From positions 2,071-66,070 of the forward strand of contig JAWBNO010000002.1 of NCBI GenBank assembly GCA_039000725.1: a DNA stretch of 64,000 bases, written 5' to 3'. Position 1 is the stretch's first letter, and each line of letters opens with the position of its first letter. The notes under the pieces were generated by a model. The model was not told where the DNA came from, made no database searches, and saw nothing but the letters and a program-made list of their open reading frames with translations. The translations under genes were made by a program, and so were the position numbers. This stretch comes from Candidatus Aenigmatarchaeota archaeon (lineage in GTDB: Archaea > Aenigmatarchaeota > Aenigmatarchaeia > CG10238-14 > SpSt-28). This document shows positions 19,552 to 29,637 of this stretch, in pieces.

Positions 19552-21300
19552 TTATTTAGCTTTTCTTTTCATAAACATTAATCCTAGAAGTTTTAAAGAA
19601 GGGGCAATTTTACTTATCTTTTGTTCTTTAGAAGATTTTTCTATTTCCACTTCTTCTTTCTCTATTTCAACATCTTCAACTCCTATTATTTTCCAAAACT
19701 TTTCAGGATTTTTATAGTACTCATTTATGTATGAAGTAACTTGGATATAATCCCTAATTCCTTGATTTTTTAACCAAATTAAAAATCTTTTTCTTCTTTC
19801 TAACTCTTTAAGAACATCTTCGTAACTTACTCCTAAGTTTTGCGCAATTTTCTTCAACTTTATACTTTCTTCAACTCTCTCAAAAGTATCTTTTGTTGGG
19901 TTCCACTTAAAAACAGTAATTGTTTTAATGTTACCATTTTCATCCACGTTTACAATTTCTTCAATTTCCTTAACTCTTCTAGAAGGTCTTCCTTTTTCTT
20001 TAGCAAAAGTCATAACTATAATTGCATCTAAACTTTCTAACAAGGAAGGCGGTAATTCTATAGGAGGAGTTATTAATCTTTTTATAACGTCTGATGCAGA
20101 ACCTGCATGAAAGGTACTTAAAGATGCATGACCAGAAGCAATACCTTGGAATAGAACATAAGCCTCTTCACCTCTAGTCTCACCAACTATTACATAATCC
20201 GGGTTTTGTCTAAAAGCTTCTTTCAAGAGGTCGAAAAGAGTAACAGATCCGTATTTTTCGCCCGAAGGTAAAGGAATTCCAAAACCAGGTCTAGCTAAGC
20301 CAGGTACCCAGTGCTCATGAACCAATCTTAACTCTCTAGTATCTTCAATTGAAACTATTTTTGCTTCAGGTTTTATGAACATACAGATAGAATTAAGAAA
20401 AGAAGTTTTACCAGTTGCTGTACCACCAACTACTAACATAGAAGCTCTATGCTCTATTAAAAACCATATATACGCCAAAATATCTTCGTTTACAGTTTTT
20501 AGTTCCAACTGCTCTATTGGAGAAAAAGGTTTTTCCGTAAATTTTCTTATAGTAAAAGTACCACCTCTAGTAGCTACATCCTGAGCTAAGGTTGCAGCAA
20601 CTCTAGAACCATCTGGTAGTGTAGCATCCAAGATAGGTTCAGCATAGCTAACATATCTTCCACTTCTCTGCGCCAACTTTATTATAAATTTTCTTAATTT
20701 TTCGGCATCATTAAAAACAACATTTGTTTTTAGACTTCCAAATTTTCTATGAACTACATATACAGGTATATTCACACCATCACAACTTATATCTTCTACA
20801 TAGGGATCGTTAAGTATTGTATTGATTTCATTGTATCCAATAAAGTCTCTATATACATAGTACATTATTTTAAGATATTGTGTCGAGGTTAATTCTATTC
20901 CTAGGTTTTTTATTACTTTATTTACATTATTTTCTAAATACTCCAAAGCCTTAGATTCCTCTTTTACTTCTTCTAAACTGATTTCGACCATCTCTATTAG
21001 AGTTTTACTTACCTTTTCGTAAATACTTTTTTCTTTTTCGTCTAACTGAGGTTCTATTACATTATAAATTAGTATATTTTGATTTTCATCCCACTTAATG
21101 TTGACATAAGAAAAAGGTTCTAATACAGGATATGTAACATCTGTTTGTTTAATATCTGTAAAAGTTGGTAGTTCTTGAACTGTTGAAATTTTTTTAATTG
21201 CGAAACCTGGCAAGAATTCTTCTTCTTTTTGAGAAGAAAATTCTACTAACTTTCTATAACCAGCTCCTCTTAATCTTTTTATTTTTTCAATAATATTCAT
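19552..21300 (-). CDS. FlaI/VirB11/TadA-family secretion ATPase
   Basis: Walker A GGTATGKTS, Asp box, Walker B and His box (GETRGEE...FHAGS). Confidence 0.85.
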   Translation of the reverse strand: MNIIEKIKRLRGAGYRKLVEFSSQKEEEFLPGFAIKKISTVQELPTFTDIKQTDVTYPVLEPFSYVNIKWDENQNILIYNVIEPQLDEKEKSIYEKVSKTLIEMVEISLEEVKEESKALEYLENNVNKVIKNLGIELTSTQYLKIMYYVYRDFIGYNEINTILNDPYVEDISCDGVNIPVYVVHRKFGSLKTNVVFNDAEKLRKFIIKLAQRSGRYVSYAEPILDATLPDGSRVAATLAQDVATRGGTFTIRKFTEKPFSPIEQLELKTVNEDILAYIWFLIEHRASMLVVGGTATGKTSFLNSICMFIKPEAKIVSIEDTRELRLVHEHWVPGLARPGFGIPLPSGEKYGSVTLFDLLKEAFRQNPDYVIVGETRGEEAYVLFQGIASGHASLSTFHAGSASDVIKRLITPPIELPPSLLESLDAIIVMTFAKEKGRPSRRVKEIEEIVNVDENGNIKTITVFKWNPTKDTFERVEESIKLKKIAQNLGVSYEDVLKELERRKRFLIWLKNQGIRDYIQVTSYINEYYKNPEKFWKIIGVEDVEIEKEEVEIEKSSKEQKISKIAPSLKLLGLMFMKRKAK

Positions 21301-21328
21301 AATTTTAATTAATTCTTGACTTTAAACC

Positions 21329-21613
21329 TTAAATTTGAAGGTGCTTCTTTCTCACACTTTTCCCGGGTTGAGCTATTCCTCTAAATCTTGCACAACTCGG
21401 ACAAATGTAATATTTTCTTTCAAAAGAATGAACGTATTTAGGATCTATTTGTTTTTTTAATGTAGGGTCATTTATAGAGAATTTTCTTTTAAGAACAAAA
21501 GCTTTATATCTTGGTAGTCTTCTACCGCAAAAACTGCACTCCACTACGCTTTCACTACCTCTAGCGTGAGTGTGTTCATACTTTCTTTTGTACGGAGCAG
21601 TACTAATCGGCAT
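21329..21613 (-). CDS. rps26e: ribosomal protein eS26
   Basis: Two CxxC pairs in the eS26 arrangement (ECSFCGRRLPRYKA and YICPSCARFRG). Basic, 94 aa. Confidence 0.6.
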   Translation of the reverse strand: MPISTAPYKRKYEHTHARGSESVVECSFCGRRLPRYKAFVLKRKFSINDPTLKKQIDPKYVHSFERKYYICPSCARFRGIAQPGKSVRKKHLQI

Positions 21614-21662
21614 TATTTTTAATAGTTGTAGAGGTTTATAAAATAAAATTTAAATGTGAATT

Positions 21663-22697
21663 ATGGGAGTTCAAATAGGCTCTATTGTTCCTAAAAAGGA
21701 GATAGAATTAAAAGATTTAGTGGGTAAAAAAATAGCTATAGATGCTTTTAACGCTCTGTACCAATTTTTAACAATAGTTAGAGATAAGGATACCGGAGAG
21801 CCTCTAAAGGACAGCAAAGGTAGAATAACTTCTCATTTGTCTGGCCTATTTTATAGAACAGTAAATTTTATAGAAGAAGGAATAAAGACTGTTTATGTTT
21901 TTGATGGTGAACCCCCAAAGTTTAAGAAACTAACCCAAGAAAAAAGAGAGGAATTGAAGAAAGAAGCTGAAGAAAAGTTAAAGATTGCAATAGAAGAAGG
22001 AAGAATTGAAGAAATTATGAAGTATGCACAAGCTACTGCGAGATTGACAAAAGAGTTAGTAGAGGATGCTAAGAAATTGTTGGATCTTATGGGTGTTCCT
22101 TATGTTCAAGCTCCGAGTGAAGGAGAAATGCAAGCAGCTTATATGGCTAAGAAAGGAGATGTTTGGGCTTCAGCATCCCAAGATTACGACTCTTTGTTAG
22201 TTGGTTCCCCCAGATTAATAAGAAATTTAAATTTAACTGGAAGAAGAAAATTGCCGAATAAGGAGGTTTATGTTGAAATAAAACCAGAATTAATAGAATT
22301 GGAGGAAGTTTTGACTAATCTTGGTATAAGTAGAGAGCAGTTAATAATAATTGGTATATTGGTTGGTACAGATTATAATCCAAACGGAATAGAAAACATA
22401 GGACCAAAAAAGGCATTAAAATTGGTTAAAGAAAAGAAGACACTTGAAAATATATTAAAAGAAATTGAGTGGAAATTCGATATAAGTCCACAAGAGATTT
22501 ATGATTTTTTCTTAAATCCTCCCGTCACTGATAATTATAATTTAGTTTGGAAGGAGCCAGATGAAGAAGGTTTAATTAAATTTATGGTAGAAGAGCATAA
22601 TTTTTCTGAAGAGAGAATAAAAAACGCTATAGAGAAAATAAAACAAGCTATACAAAAACAGCAGCAAAAAAGTTTGGATAAATGGTTTAAGAAATAG
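21663..22697 (+). CDS. fen: flap endonuclease 1
   Basis: MGV...IAIDA N-domain, XPG-I acidic motifs, and a C-terminal PIP box QKSLDKWF. Confidence 0.9.
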   Translation: MGVQIGSIVPKKEIELKDLVGKKIAIDAFNALYQFLTIVRDKDTGEPLKDSKGRITSHLSGLFYRTVNFIEEGIKTVYVFDGEPPKFKKLTQEKREELKKEAEEKLKIAIEEGRIEEIMKYAQATARLTKELVEDAKKLLDLMGVPYVQAPSEGEMQAAYMAKKGDVWASASQDYDSLLVGSPRLIRNLNLTGRRKLPNKEVYVEIKPELIELEEVLTNLGISREQLIIIGILVGTDYNPNGIENIGPKKALKLVKEKKTLENILKEIEWKFDISPQEIYDFFLNPPVTDNYNLVWKEPDEEGLIKFMVEEHNFSEERIKNAIEKIKQAIQKQQQKSLDKWFKK

Positions 22698-22703
22698 ATT
22701 AAA

Positions 22704-22889
22704 TTAAAATCTTCTATTTCTTTGTAAATCGTGTGTTTGCCAAGAGTATTTTTTAATTTTACTGGTTTTTCCATATCCACAGGCAGAACAATATTTTTTA
22801 TCCACTCTATATGAAGTCCTACCACATCTTCTACATCTTATATGCAATACATGCTGCTTTTTTCCCATTGATGGCGTTCCTTTTACCAT
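22704..22889 (-). CDS. rpl37e: ribosomal protein eL37
   Basis: GTPSMGKK...CRRCG...CSACG zinc ribbon, 61 aa. Confidence 0.85.
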   Translation of the reverse strand: MVKGTPSMGKKQHVLHIRCRRCGRTSYRVDKKYCSACGYGKTSKIKKYSWQTHDLQRNRRF

Positions 22890-22929
22890 TTTTTATACAC
22901 CTCAATTACTTTAATATATTTTTCAATTT

Positions 22930-25281
22930 TTAAATCTCTACAACTTTAGTAAAATCATCTTTTTCTTTATCTCTCTCAAATCTATAAACTTTACCAGTAA
23001 CAGCTTCCTCTAACCTTTCATCATGAGTAATTATAAATACTTGATCTAAAAATTCAGAAACACTTTCCCTTAGAACTCTAGCCAATTCTTCTACAGCTTT
23101 AGCATCTAAATTGTGTGTAGGCTCATCTAATATCAAAACTTTTAGTTGAGGAGCTAATGTTAAGGAAAAAGCAATTCTTAAAGCTAGAGCAGCCAAACTT
23201 CTTTCCCCACCAGATGCTATACCTTCTACATTTATCCATTTTCCAGATCTTTCTTGAAGTTGAAGAACATAGTCGCCTTCATCTATATTTAGAGATATGG
23301 AAATAAAATCTTTGTAAGGATAAAGATTAGTCCAAATTACATTCATATAGGAGTTAACTGCCTCAACGAATTCTTCCCTAAGTCTTTCTTGAGTTATTTT
23401 TAACGCATCTCTAAATATTTTAAGATCGACAACTATTTTTCTCAGTCTTTCTATTTCTTGTTTTTCTTTTTCGAAAATAGAAATTTGTCTCAAAATTTCT
23501 TCCAAATCTTTTTTTAATCTAGATATTAATTCTTCTTTATTTTTTATTTCTATAGCTATTTCTCTTTCTTTTGAAACTAAAGTTCTTAAATCTTTTTCAA
23601 TTTGATCTAAAGAAATTAATGGCATTTGACTTTCCAAACTATTTATTTCTATTTTAATATTTTCATACTTTTTTCTCAAATTTTCAAGCATTTCTTTTTT
23701 GTTTTCAAATTCAATTATTCTATTTAATAAATTTTCTAGCTCAGACCTTTTCTCTAAGTATTCTTTCAATACTTTTTCCTTTTCTTCAATCTCTTTCTTT
23801 ATATTTTCAATTTCTTTCTCAACGGTCTTTAAATTATCATTATCAATAATAATTTGATTTTTATATAATTCTAAATCTTTTTCTAAATTCTCTTTTCTAC
23901 CAATTTTAATTTTAAGACTTTCTAGTTTTTTCAAATCATTCTTAATTTTTTCAATTTCAATTTCAGTTACTTTAATTTTTTCAATTGTATCATTAATAAT
24001 TTTTTTCTTTTCTTCTATTTCCTCATTCTTTTTGTCTATCAATACTTTTTTCTTTTCTTCTGTCAATTTGCTATCACAGACTGGACATTTGCTTTCAGCG
24101 CTTTTAAGTTTATCTAAAGAATCTTGAATGTTTTTTATTTCATTGTTTAAAGAGACAACAGAAGATCTTAATTCTATTAAACTTTTTTCTCTTCTTTCTA
24201 ATTCTTGATAGTTTGATATTTTTTCAATTTGTAAAATTTCTTCTTCAATTTTCTTTATTTCTTCCAGTTCTTTATTTATTTCTTCAATCTTTTTATTTCC
24301 TAAATTTATCGATGATATCAATTCGGCTTTTTCATTTATCTTTTTTTCTAAGTTTGTTTTAATATCCGAAAGATATTTTTCCAGATCTTTGTTTTCCCTT
24401 TTAATTTTCTCTAATTCTTTAACTAAAGAAGATTTATCCAAGCTTTGATAGCTTGAAGATAATAATTCTAAATCTTTGGTAAGCTGTTCTATTTTAGATG
24501 AAATTGAAACTTCTTCAACTTTTAACTTTTCTAGATTTTCCTTAATTTTTTTGTACTTAGAATACTCTTCCTCCATAATAACTCTTTTGGCACTAATTTC
24601 TGCTAGCTCTTTTTTTAATCCATCTAACCATATTTCTATTTCTTTAATTTCATTTTCCTTACTTTCTCTATCTTTTAAAATTTTTTCATAGTTAAAAACT
24701 CTAACAAAATTTTCCTTTTCTATGATTTTGTCTTCTATTCTATTTATAAGCAGATTACAAGAAACTCGAGCTCTTTCAAAATTTTCTATCATCAAAATTT
24801 CGTCTATTTTTTTCTTTCTTTCAGAAGGTGATAAATTCAAGAAATAATCTAAAGAATTTTGTTTTGAATAGATTATTTTAGAAAATAGTTCGTAGCTTGT
24901 TTTTATTTTTTCTGCTATTATTTCATTAACTCTTTGAGTACTAAATGCTTCTATAAGTTTTCCATTTTCTCTTATTTCTGCGCTACTTCCCTTTCCCATT
25001 CTTATGGATCTTTTAACAGTAAGAATATTTCCACCAGCTTCAAATTCGATTAAAACTTCAGCTTCATCCTTTTGGTAAGGTTTTCTCATTATTAGATCAT
25101 CTAGCTTTATTTTTTTCGATTGTAAGTCTGGAGTAGTTCCATAAAGACCAAAACAAATTGCATCAAAAACGCTAGATTTTCCACTACCATTTATACCAAC
25201 TATTATGTTAACTCCTTTAGGAAATTCTAAAACAGATTCTAAATGACTTTTCCAGTTTCTTAAAATTACCCTTCTTATCAT
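22930..25281 (-). CDS. rad50: Rad50 ATPase
   Basis: Walker A GINGSGKSS, long coiled coil with a CPVC zinc hook, SGGE signature, and Walker B LILDEP. Confidence 0.9.
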   Translation of the reverse strand: MIRRVILRNWKSHLESVLEFPKGVNIIVGINGSGKSSVFDAICFGLYGTTPDLQSKKIKLDDLIMRKPYQKDEAEVLIEFEAGGNILTVKRSIRMGKGSSAEIRENGKLIEAFSTQRVNEIIAEKIKTSYELFSKIIYSKQNSLDYFLNLSPSERKKKIDEILMIENFERARVSCNLLINRIEDKIIEKENFVRVFNYEKILKDRESKENEIKEIEIWLDGLKKELAEISAKRVIMEEEYSKYKKIKENLEKLKVEEVSISSKIEQLTKDLELLSSSYQSLDKSSLVKELEKIKRENKDLEKYLSDIKTNLEKKINEKAELISSINLGNKKIEEINKELEEIKKIEEEILQIEKISNYQELERREKSLIELRSSVVSLNNEIKNIQDSLDKLKSAESKCPVCDSKLTEEKKKVLIDKKNEEIEEKKKIINDTIEKIKVTEIEIEKIKNDLKKLESLKIKIGRKENLEKDLELYKNQIIIDNDNLKTVEKEIENIKKEIEEKEKVLKEYLEKRSELENLLNRIIEFENKKEMLENLRKKYENIKIEINSLESQMPLISLDQIEKDLRTLVSKEREIAIEIKNKEELISRLKKDLEEILRQISIFEKEKQEIERLRKIVVDLKIFRDALKITQERLREEFVEAVNSYMNVIWTNLYPYKDFISISLNIDEGDYVLQLQERSGKWINVEGIASGGERSLAALALRIAFSLTLAPQLKVLILDEPTHNLDAKAVEELARVLRESVSEFLDQVFIITHDERLEEAVTGKVYRFERDKEKDDFTKVVEI

Positions 25282-26495
25282 TTTACCATCCTCAAAGTTG
25301 ATTGTTCTCCAAGAATTATTTTTAATGCAGTATCAACTTCTTCATCTTTTAACAAATTAAAAATTGAGTAAAAATCGAAGCTATGTTTAAATCCAGCTTC
25401 ATCTAAACATTTTCTTAATATTGATATTCCAAGTTCATCCAAGCTTAATCTTTCTTCTTTAATATTTCTTAAAAATTCTAACTTTTTAGTTAGCTCTTCA
25501 GATTCTAGTGTTTTAGAAAATATTAATATAGCTGAATCATAATATTTTCTTTCCAAATCTTTCAAATCCTTTTCAGAAATATCCCCATTTATTTTAAACT
25601 TTATTACTGGTTGAATATTTTTAAATATTATTTCTCTAATTCTTCTTTCTATTTTTTCTTTTCCATTTTCACCTTGTTTTATGTCAAAAATTTCATAAAA
25701 GAATTTTCTAGATTCTATTGGTATAAAGTTTACTTCTTTTGTTATTGTATTTATTTTATAGAAACCTTTTTGATTTTCGGCTTCTTCCATTTGGAACTGA
25801 GTTATAATCGTACTTCCAGGTATTAGAAATATAGAATTATTTATTTTTTCTAAGGTTTTAATATGAATATGACCATCTATTATCAAATCAAAACCTAAAG
25901 GTAAATTGTCTAAAGAAATAGTTGGTTGCTCAAGAGAAGAATATATGAATGGGGAAATATTTTGGTGCATAACTAAAATGTTAAACATATCTTTTCTAGG
26001 ATAAGGATTCCACTTATCTAAAATTTCCTTAGCTAATCTTTCTTGAACATGAGATAATCCATATATGCAAATTTTTTCTCCATCTTTTTCAAATATTACA
26101 TAATTCTTATCTAAATATATCAATAATCCTGCATTTTCAAGAGCTTCTATGGCATTAGTTTCTCCTCTAGCCCTAATCTCATGATTTCCATGAATTGCTA
26201 TAATTGGAATATGAGATAAAGTTTTAATACTAGCTTCTTTTAACTTTTTATCAGTTTCTACAAGTTTTGCTCCTCTATTTTCCACTAAAGTCGCTTTAGA
26301 TAAAATTTTTAAAGCATATGCCCAAGCTTTAGTTTTTGGTGCCCTACTATCGAATAAATCTCCAGCCAAAATTATTAAGTCACTATCTTCTAAGGCCTTA
26401 TTCATTGCAATTTCAAAATTCTTATAGCTATCCTCTTCTAATCTTTCATCATAAGAAAAACCCAAATGCATGTCTGAAATTACCGAAATTATCAT
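25278..26495 (-). CDS. mre11: Mre11 nuclease
   Basis: Calcineurin-like phosphoesterase motifs DMHLG, GDLFD, GNHE and GHIH. 4-nt overlap with rad50. Confidence 0.9.
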   Translation of the reverse strand: MIISVISDMHLGFSYDERLEEDSYKNFEIAMNKALEDSDLIILAGDLFDSRAPKTKAWAYALKILSKATLVENRGAKLVETDKKLKEASIKTLSHIPIIAIHGNHEIRARGETNAIEALENAGLLIYLDKNYVIFEKDGEKICIYGLSHVQERLAKEILDKWNPYPRKDMFNILVMHQNISPFIYSSLEQPTISLDNLPLGFDLIIDGHIHIKTLEKINNSIFLIPGSTIITQFQMEEAENQKGFYKINTITKEVNFIPIESRKFFYEIFDIKQGENGKEKIERRIREIIFKNIQPVIKFKINGDISEKDLKDLERKYYDSAILIFSKTLESEELTKKLEFLRNIKEERLSLDELGISILRKCLDEAGFKHSFDFYSIFNLLKDEEVDTALKIILGEQSTLRMVK

Positions 26496-26513
26496 ACTTT
26501 AATTCGAAATCTA

Positions 26514-28097
26514 TTATTTAATCTTTTTCCACTTGCTTCCCTCTTTTGTATCTTCTACTAAAATTCCAAATTTTTCCTTAAGAATTTCTCTAATTTTGTC
26601 TGCTTCTTCATATTTCATTTCTTTTCTTAATCTTTCTCTTTCTTCTATCAATTTTTTAGCTTCTTCAGGTATTTCTTCTTCTTTAAGAAATTCTTCTAAT
26701 TTTAATCCCAAAACGTTATCGAAATAAAGAATTAAATCAATAGCTCTTTTAGCATCATTTTTAGAAATTTCCTTTGAAGCAATTCTTTTGTTTGTTTCTG
26801 TTATAAAGTTAAATAAAACAGATAAAGCTTTTGGCATATTAAAGTCATCTGCTAAACTTTTCAAAAATTCTTTTTTAGTTTCTCTTAAAATTTTGGTATA
26901 TTCTTTATTATGTTTTCCACCATCATAACTTTTTAAAGTTAGTAGGAAATTTCTTATTTTTTCTAAGCTATTTTTTGCTGCTTCTAATGCTTCAAAGGTA
27001 AAGTTTTGCTCATCTCTATAATGAGCAGATAGAAATAGAAATCTTATCTCTCTCCAAGAATATCCTTTAGCTAACAAATCTCTCAATGTATAGTAATTCC
27101 CTAAACTTTTAGACATTTTTTGTCCATTTACCAAAAGAAAGTTGCAATGTATCCAATAATTAACAAATTTTTTTCCAGTAGCTGCTTCACTTTGCGCTAT
27201 TTCATTAGTATGATGTATTGGTATATGGTCTATTCCCCCAGCATGAATATCAAACGTTTCTCCCAAATATTTCATACTCATTGCAGAACATTCAATATGC
27301 CAGCCAGGAAAGCCAACAAAGTTGAATTTAACCAAAACTTCATTGCCTAAATCTTTAACATCTAAGATTTTAATGTTATGATTACTATTTGCATAATCTT
27401 TAATTTTTTCAAATTCTTCTTTGCTCAATTTCCATTCAGTTATATAATCCCATTCCATGTGCCTTTTTCTATCTGGTGGAGAAAACTTCCAAAGAGCAAA
27501 ATCTGTTATATTTTTCTTTCCTTCAACAGGTTCAACTCTAGCACCTTCTATTAAGTATTTATTCAATTTCTTAAAAGACATGCCAGTTAGTTTACCATAT
27601 TCTTTAAATTTTGAAGTATCGTAATAGATTCCATCTTTTAAAATATAAGCATAGCCATTTTCTTTCAATTTTTCTATTAATTCTTGCATTTCTTTTATAT
27701 GCTCAGTAGCTTTCGGAATTATATGAGCTTTTCTTATATTTAAAGTTTCTATATCTTTAAAAAACTCTTGAGTATAAAATTCTGCAATTTCCCAAGCAGT
27801 TTTTTGTTTTTCCATTGCACTTTTTTCAATTTTATCTTCTCCTGTATCTGCTTGGCTAGTTAAATGACCAACATCGGTAATGTTCATAACGTGTATAACC
27901 TTAAATCCAAAAAGTTCAAACGTTCTTCTAATCATATCTTCATTCACATAAGTCCTTAAGTTGCCTATGTGCGCATAATCGTAAACAGTTGGACCACATG
28001 TATAAATTTTAACTGTTTTATTTTCAATTGGCTTAAAAACTTGTTTTTTTCTTGATAGAGTATTATAGATTTTAATTCTAATTTTTATCACCCCCAA
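26514..28097 (-). CDS. cysS: cysteinyl-tRNA synthetase
   Basis: HIGN (HIGH), KMSKS, and class I CysRS layout. Confidence 0.9.
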   Translation of the reverse strand: MGVIKIRIKIYNTLSRKKQVFKPIENKTVKIYTCGPTVYDYAHIGNLRTYVNEDMIRRTFELFGFKVIHVMNITDVGHLTSQADTGEDKIEKSAMEKQKTAWEIAEFYTQEFFKDIETLNIRKAHIIPKATEHIKEMQELIEKLKENGYAYILKDGIYYDTSKFKEYGKLTGMSFKKLNKYLIEGARVEPVEGKKNITDFALWKFSPPDRKRHMEWDYITEWKLSKEEFEKIKDYANSNHNIKILDVKDLGNEVLVKFNFVGFPGWHIECSAMSMKYLGETFDIHAGGIDHIPIHHTNEIAQSEAATGKKFVNYWIHCNFLLVNGQKMSKSLGNYYTLRDLLAKGYSWREIRFLFLSAHYRDEQNFTFEALEAAKNSLEKIRNFLLTLKSYDGGKHNKEYTKILRETKKEFLKSLADDFNMPKALSVLFNFITETNKRIASKEISKNDAKRAIDLILYFDNVLGLKLEEFLKEEEIPEEAKKLIEERERLRKEMKYEEADKIREILKEKFGILVEDTKEGSKWKKIK

Positions 28098-28190
28098 AGA
28101 ATTTTAAATAAGAATTTTTTTCTAGAAATAGATTATTGACAAAAGCGACCAACCATAGGATTTAATTAATTTAAAAGTTTATAAATTTTT

Positions 28191-28703
28191 ATGAAGTTTT
28201 ACTATGTTCTTCATCCCAGACCAGCTGTTGTAATTGGGAGTGGAAGTGTAAATAAGAATGAAATAAATTTTTTTGCTTGCAGTTGGATTACTCCTGTAGA
28301 TGATGATAATAAAATTGTTGGATTTTCTTGCTGGAAAGGAAACTATTCTTACAAATTGATTAAAAAACATCAACAGTTTTCTGTTAATGTTGTGGAAGAT
28401 ATTGACTTAATTTGGAAGGTTGGAACTAGTAGTGGAGAAAAGATAGATAAAGTTAAAGAATTCGGCATTGAATATTTTGTTGGCAAAAAACTTGATATTC
28501 CAATAATAAAAAAATCTTTGGCTTATATGGAGTGTAAGGTTGTTAAAGAAGTTGAATTTGGAGAAACATCATTCTTCTTTGGTAAAGTAGAAAATTGTGA
28601 AGGAAGTCTCGATAATTATGGTATAAGAGAATTTTGGAAATATCCATTACATAAAGCTGGAAAGTCTTTTGCTTTTCCTTCTAAAGAGTTAAAGTTTGTA
28701 TGA
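28191..28703 (+). CDS. flavin reductase-like (FMN-binding split-barrel) protein
   Basis: PRPAVVIGS...FFACSWITPV pattern, 170 aa. Confidence 0.6.
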   Translation: MKFYYVLHPRPAVVIGSGSVNKNEINFFACSWITPVDDDNKIVGFSCWKGNYSYKLIKKHQQFSVNVVEDIDLIWKVGTSSGEKIDKVKEFGIEYFVGKKLDIPIIKKSLAYMECKVVKEVEFGETSFFFGKVENCEGSLDNYGIREFWKYPLHKAGKSFAFPSKELKFV

Positions 28704-29075
28704 TATTCTTGTTTAGTAAATTTACGGAAAATCTAAAACATCTACTCTACCGAATATTCTTAGTGTTTCATTCAAGTATATTACACTAGGTTCCATATCA
28801 ACACTTACTATCGTCTTACAATTTCTAGTTAATACGCTATTTTCGGAAATTAAATCAGCATACACAACATTAAGAAATAATACTGCAAATAAAACTAAAA
28901 TAAACTTCTCTTTCATTTTTTTAATATATAAAAAAGCTTAAATCTGTTGCTCTTCAGCAAAAAGATCACAGCCATCCAACTAAAAAAAGCTACAAATAAA
29001 CATTACAACACAAAAAATAGAATAAGATAAAGATAGTTGTGTATTTTTCATATATTTTATGACAGTTTACATCTT

Positions 29076-29177
29076 TGCCTGGGGCGGGATTTGAACCCGC
29101 GACCTCCGCGTTTCTTATCATTATATCAAAGCTCATCGAATATGAGCGCGGCGTTTTAACCACTCAACTACCCAGGC
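29076..29177 (-). tRNA. tRNA with CAU anticodon (elongator Met or Ile2) carrying a 29-nt intron at 37/38 (29112..29140)
   Basis: Hand-folded cloverleaf: acceptor GCCUGGG/CCCAGGC, anticodon stem CCGCG/CGCGG, loop CUCAUA|A, T arm GCGGG-UUCAAAU-CCCGC. G1-C72 argues against an initiator. Confidence 0.8.
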
Positions 29178-29274
29178 AGTAAATATATAGATATGTTGGC
29201 TTTAATTAAAAACCTAATCAAAAATATGTAAAAGTTATGGAAAATGATTGGAAAATTAACTGTTTATATAGATT

Positions 29275-29637
29275 ATGAAGAAGATAGAAATATTGATTTG
29301 TTTAGTCCTTTCTTTAATTGGTAGTATTTCACTTTTTTATTTGGTAAAAAATAAAGAAATAGAAAAAATTCCTATAGAAGAAATTGATAATAGTTATTTA
29401 GGAAAAACCATAACTACTACAGGAAAAGTTGCTTCAATAACTTATAGTAAGGGACATATTTTTCTTACTTTATACGATAAAAAATCTATAAACGTTGCAA
29501 TATTTTCTAATGTTGCTAAATTTCTAGAGAAATATCCTAAAAAAGGAGATAATTTGATAATAACTGGAGTTGTTAGTGAGTATAATGGAAAACTACAAAT
29601 AATTCCTAGAAAACCTCAAGATGTGGTAATAAAATGA
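29275..29637 (+). CDS. membrane-anchored OB-fold protein
   Basis: N-terminal TM helix, then an OB-like block (GKTITTTGKVASITYSKGHIFLTLYD...IITGVVSEYNGKLQI). Confidence 0.5.
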   Translation: MKKIEILICLVLSLIGSISLFYLVKNKEIEKIPIEEIDNSYLGKTITTTGKVASITYSKGHIFLTLYDKKSINVAIFSNVAKFLEKYPKKGDNLIITGVVSEYNGKLQIIPRKPQDVVIK

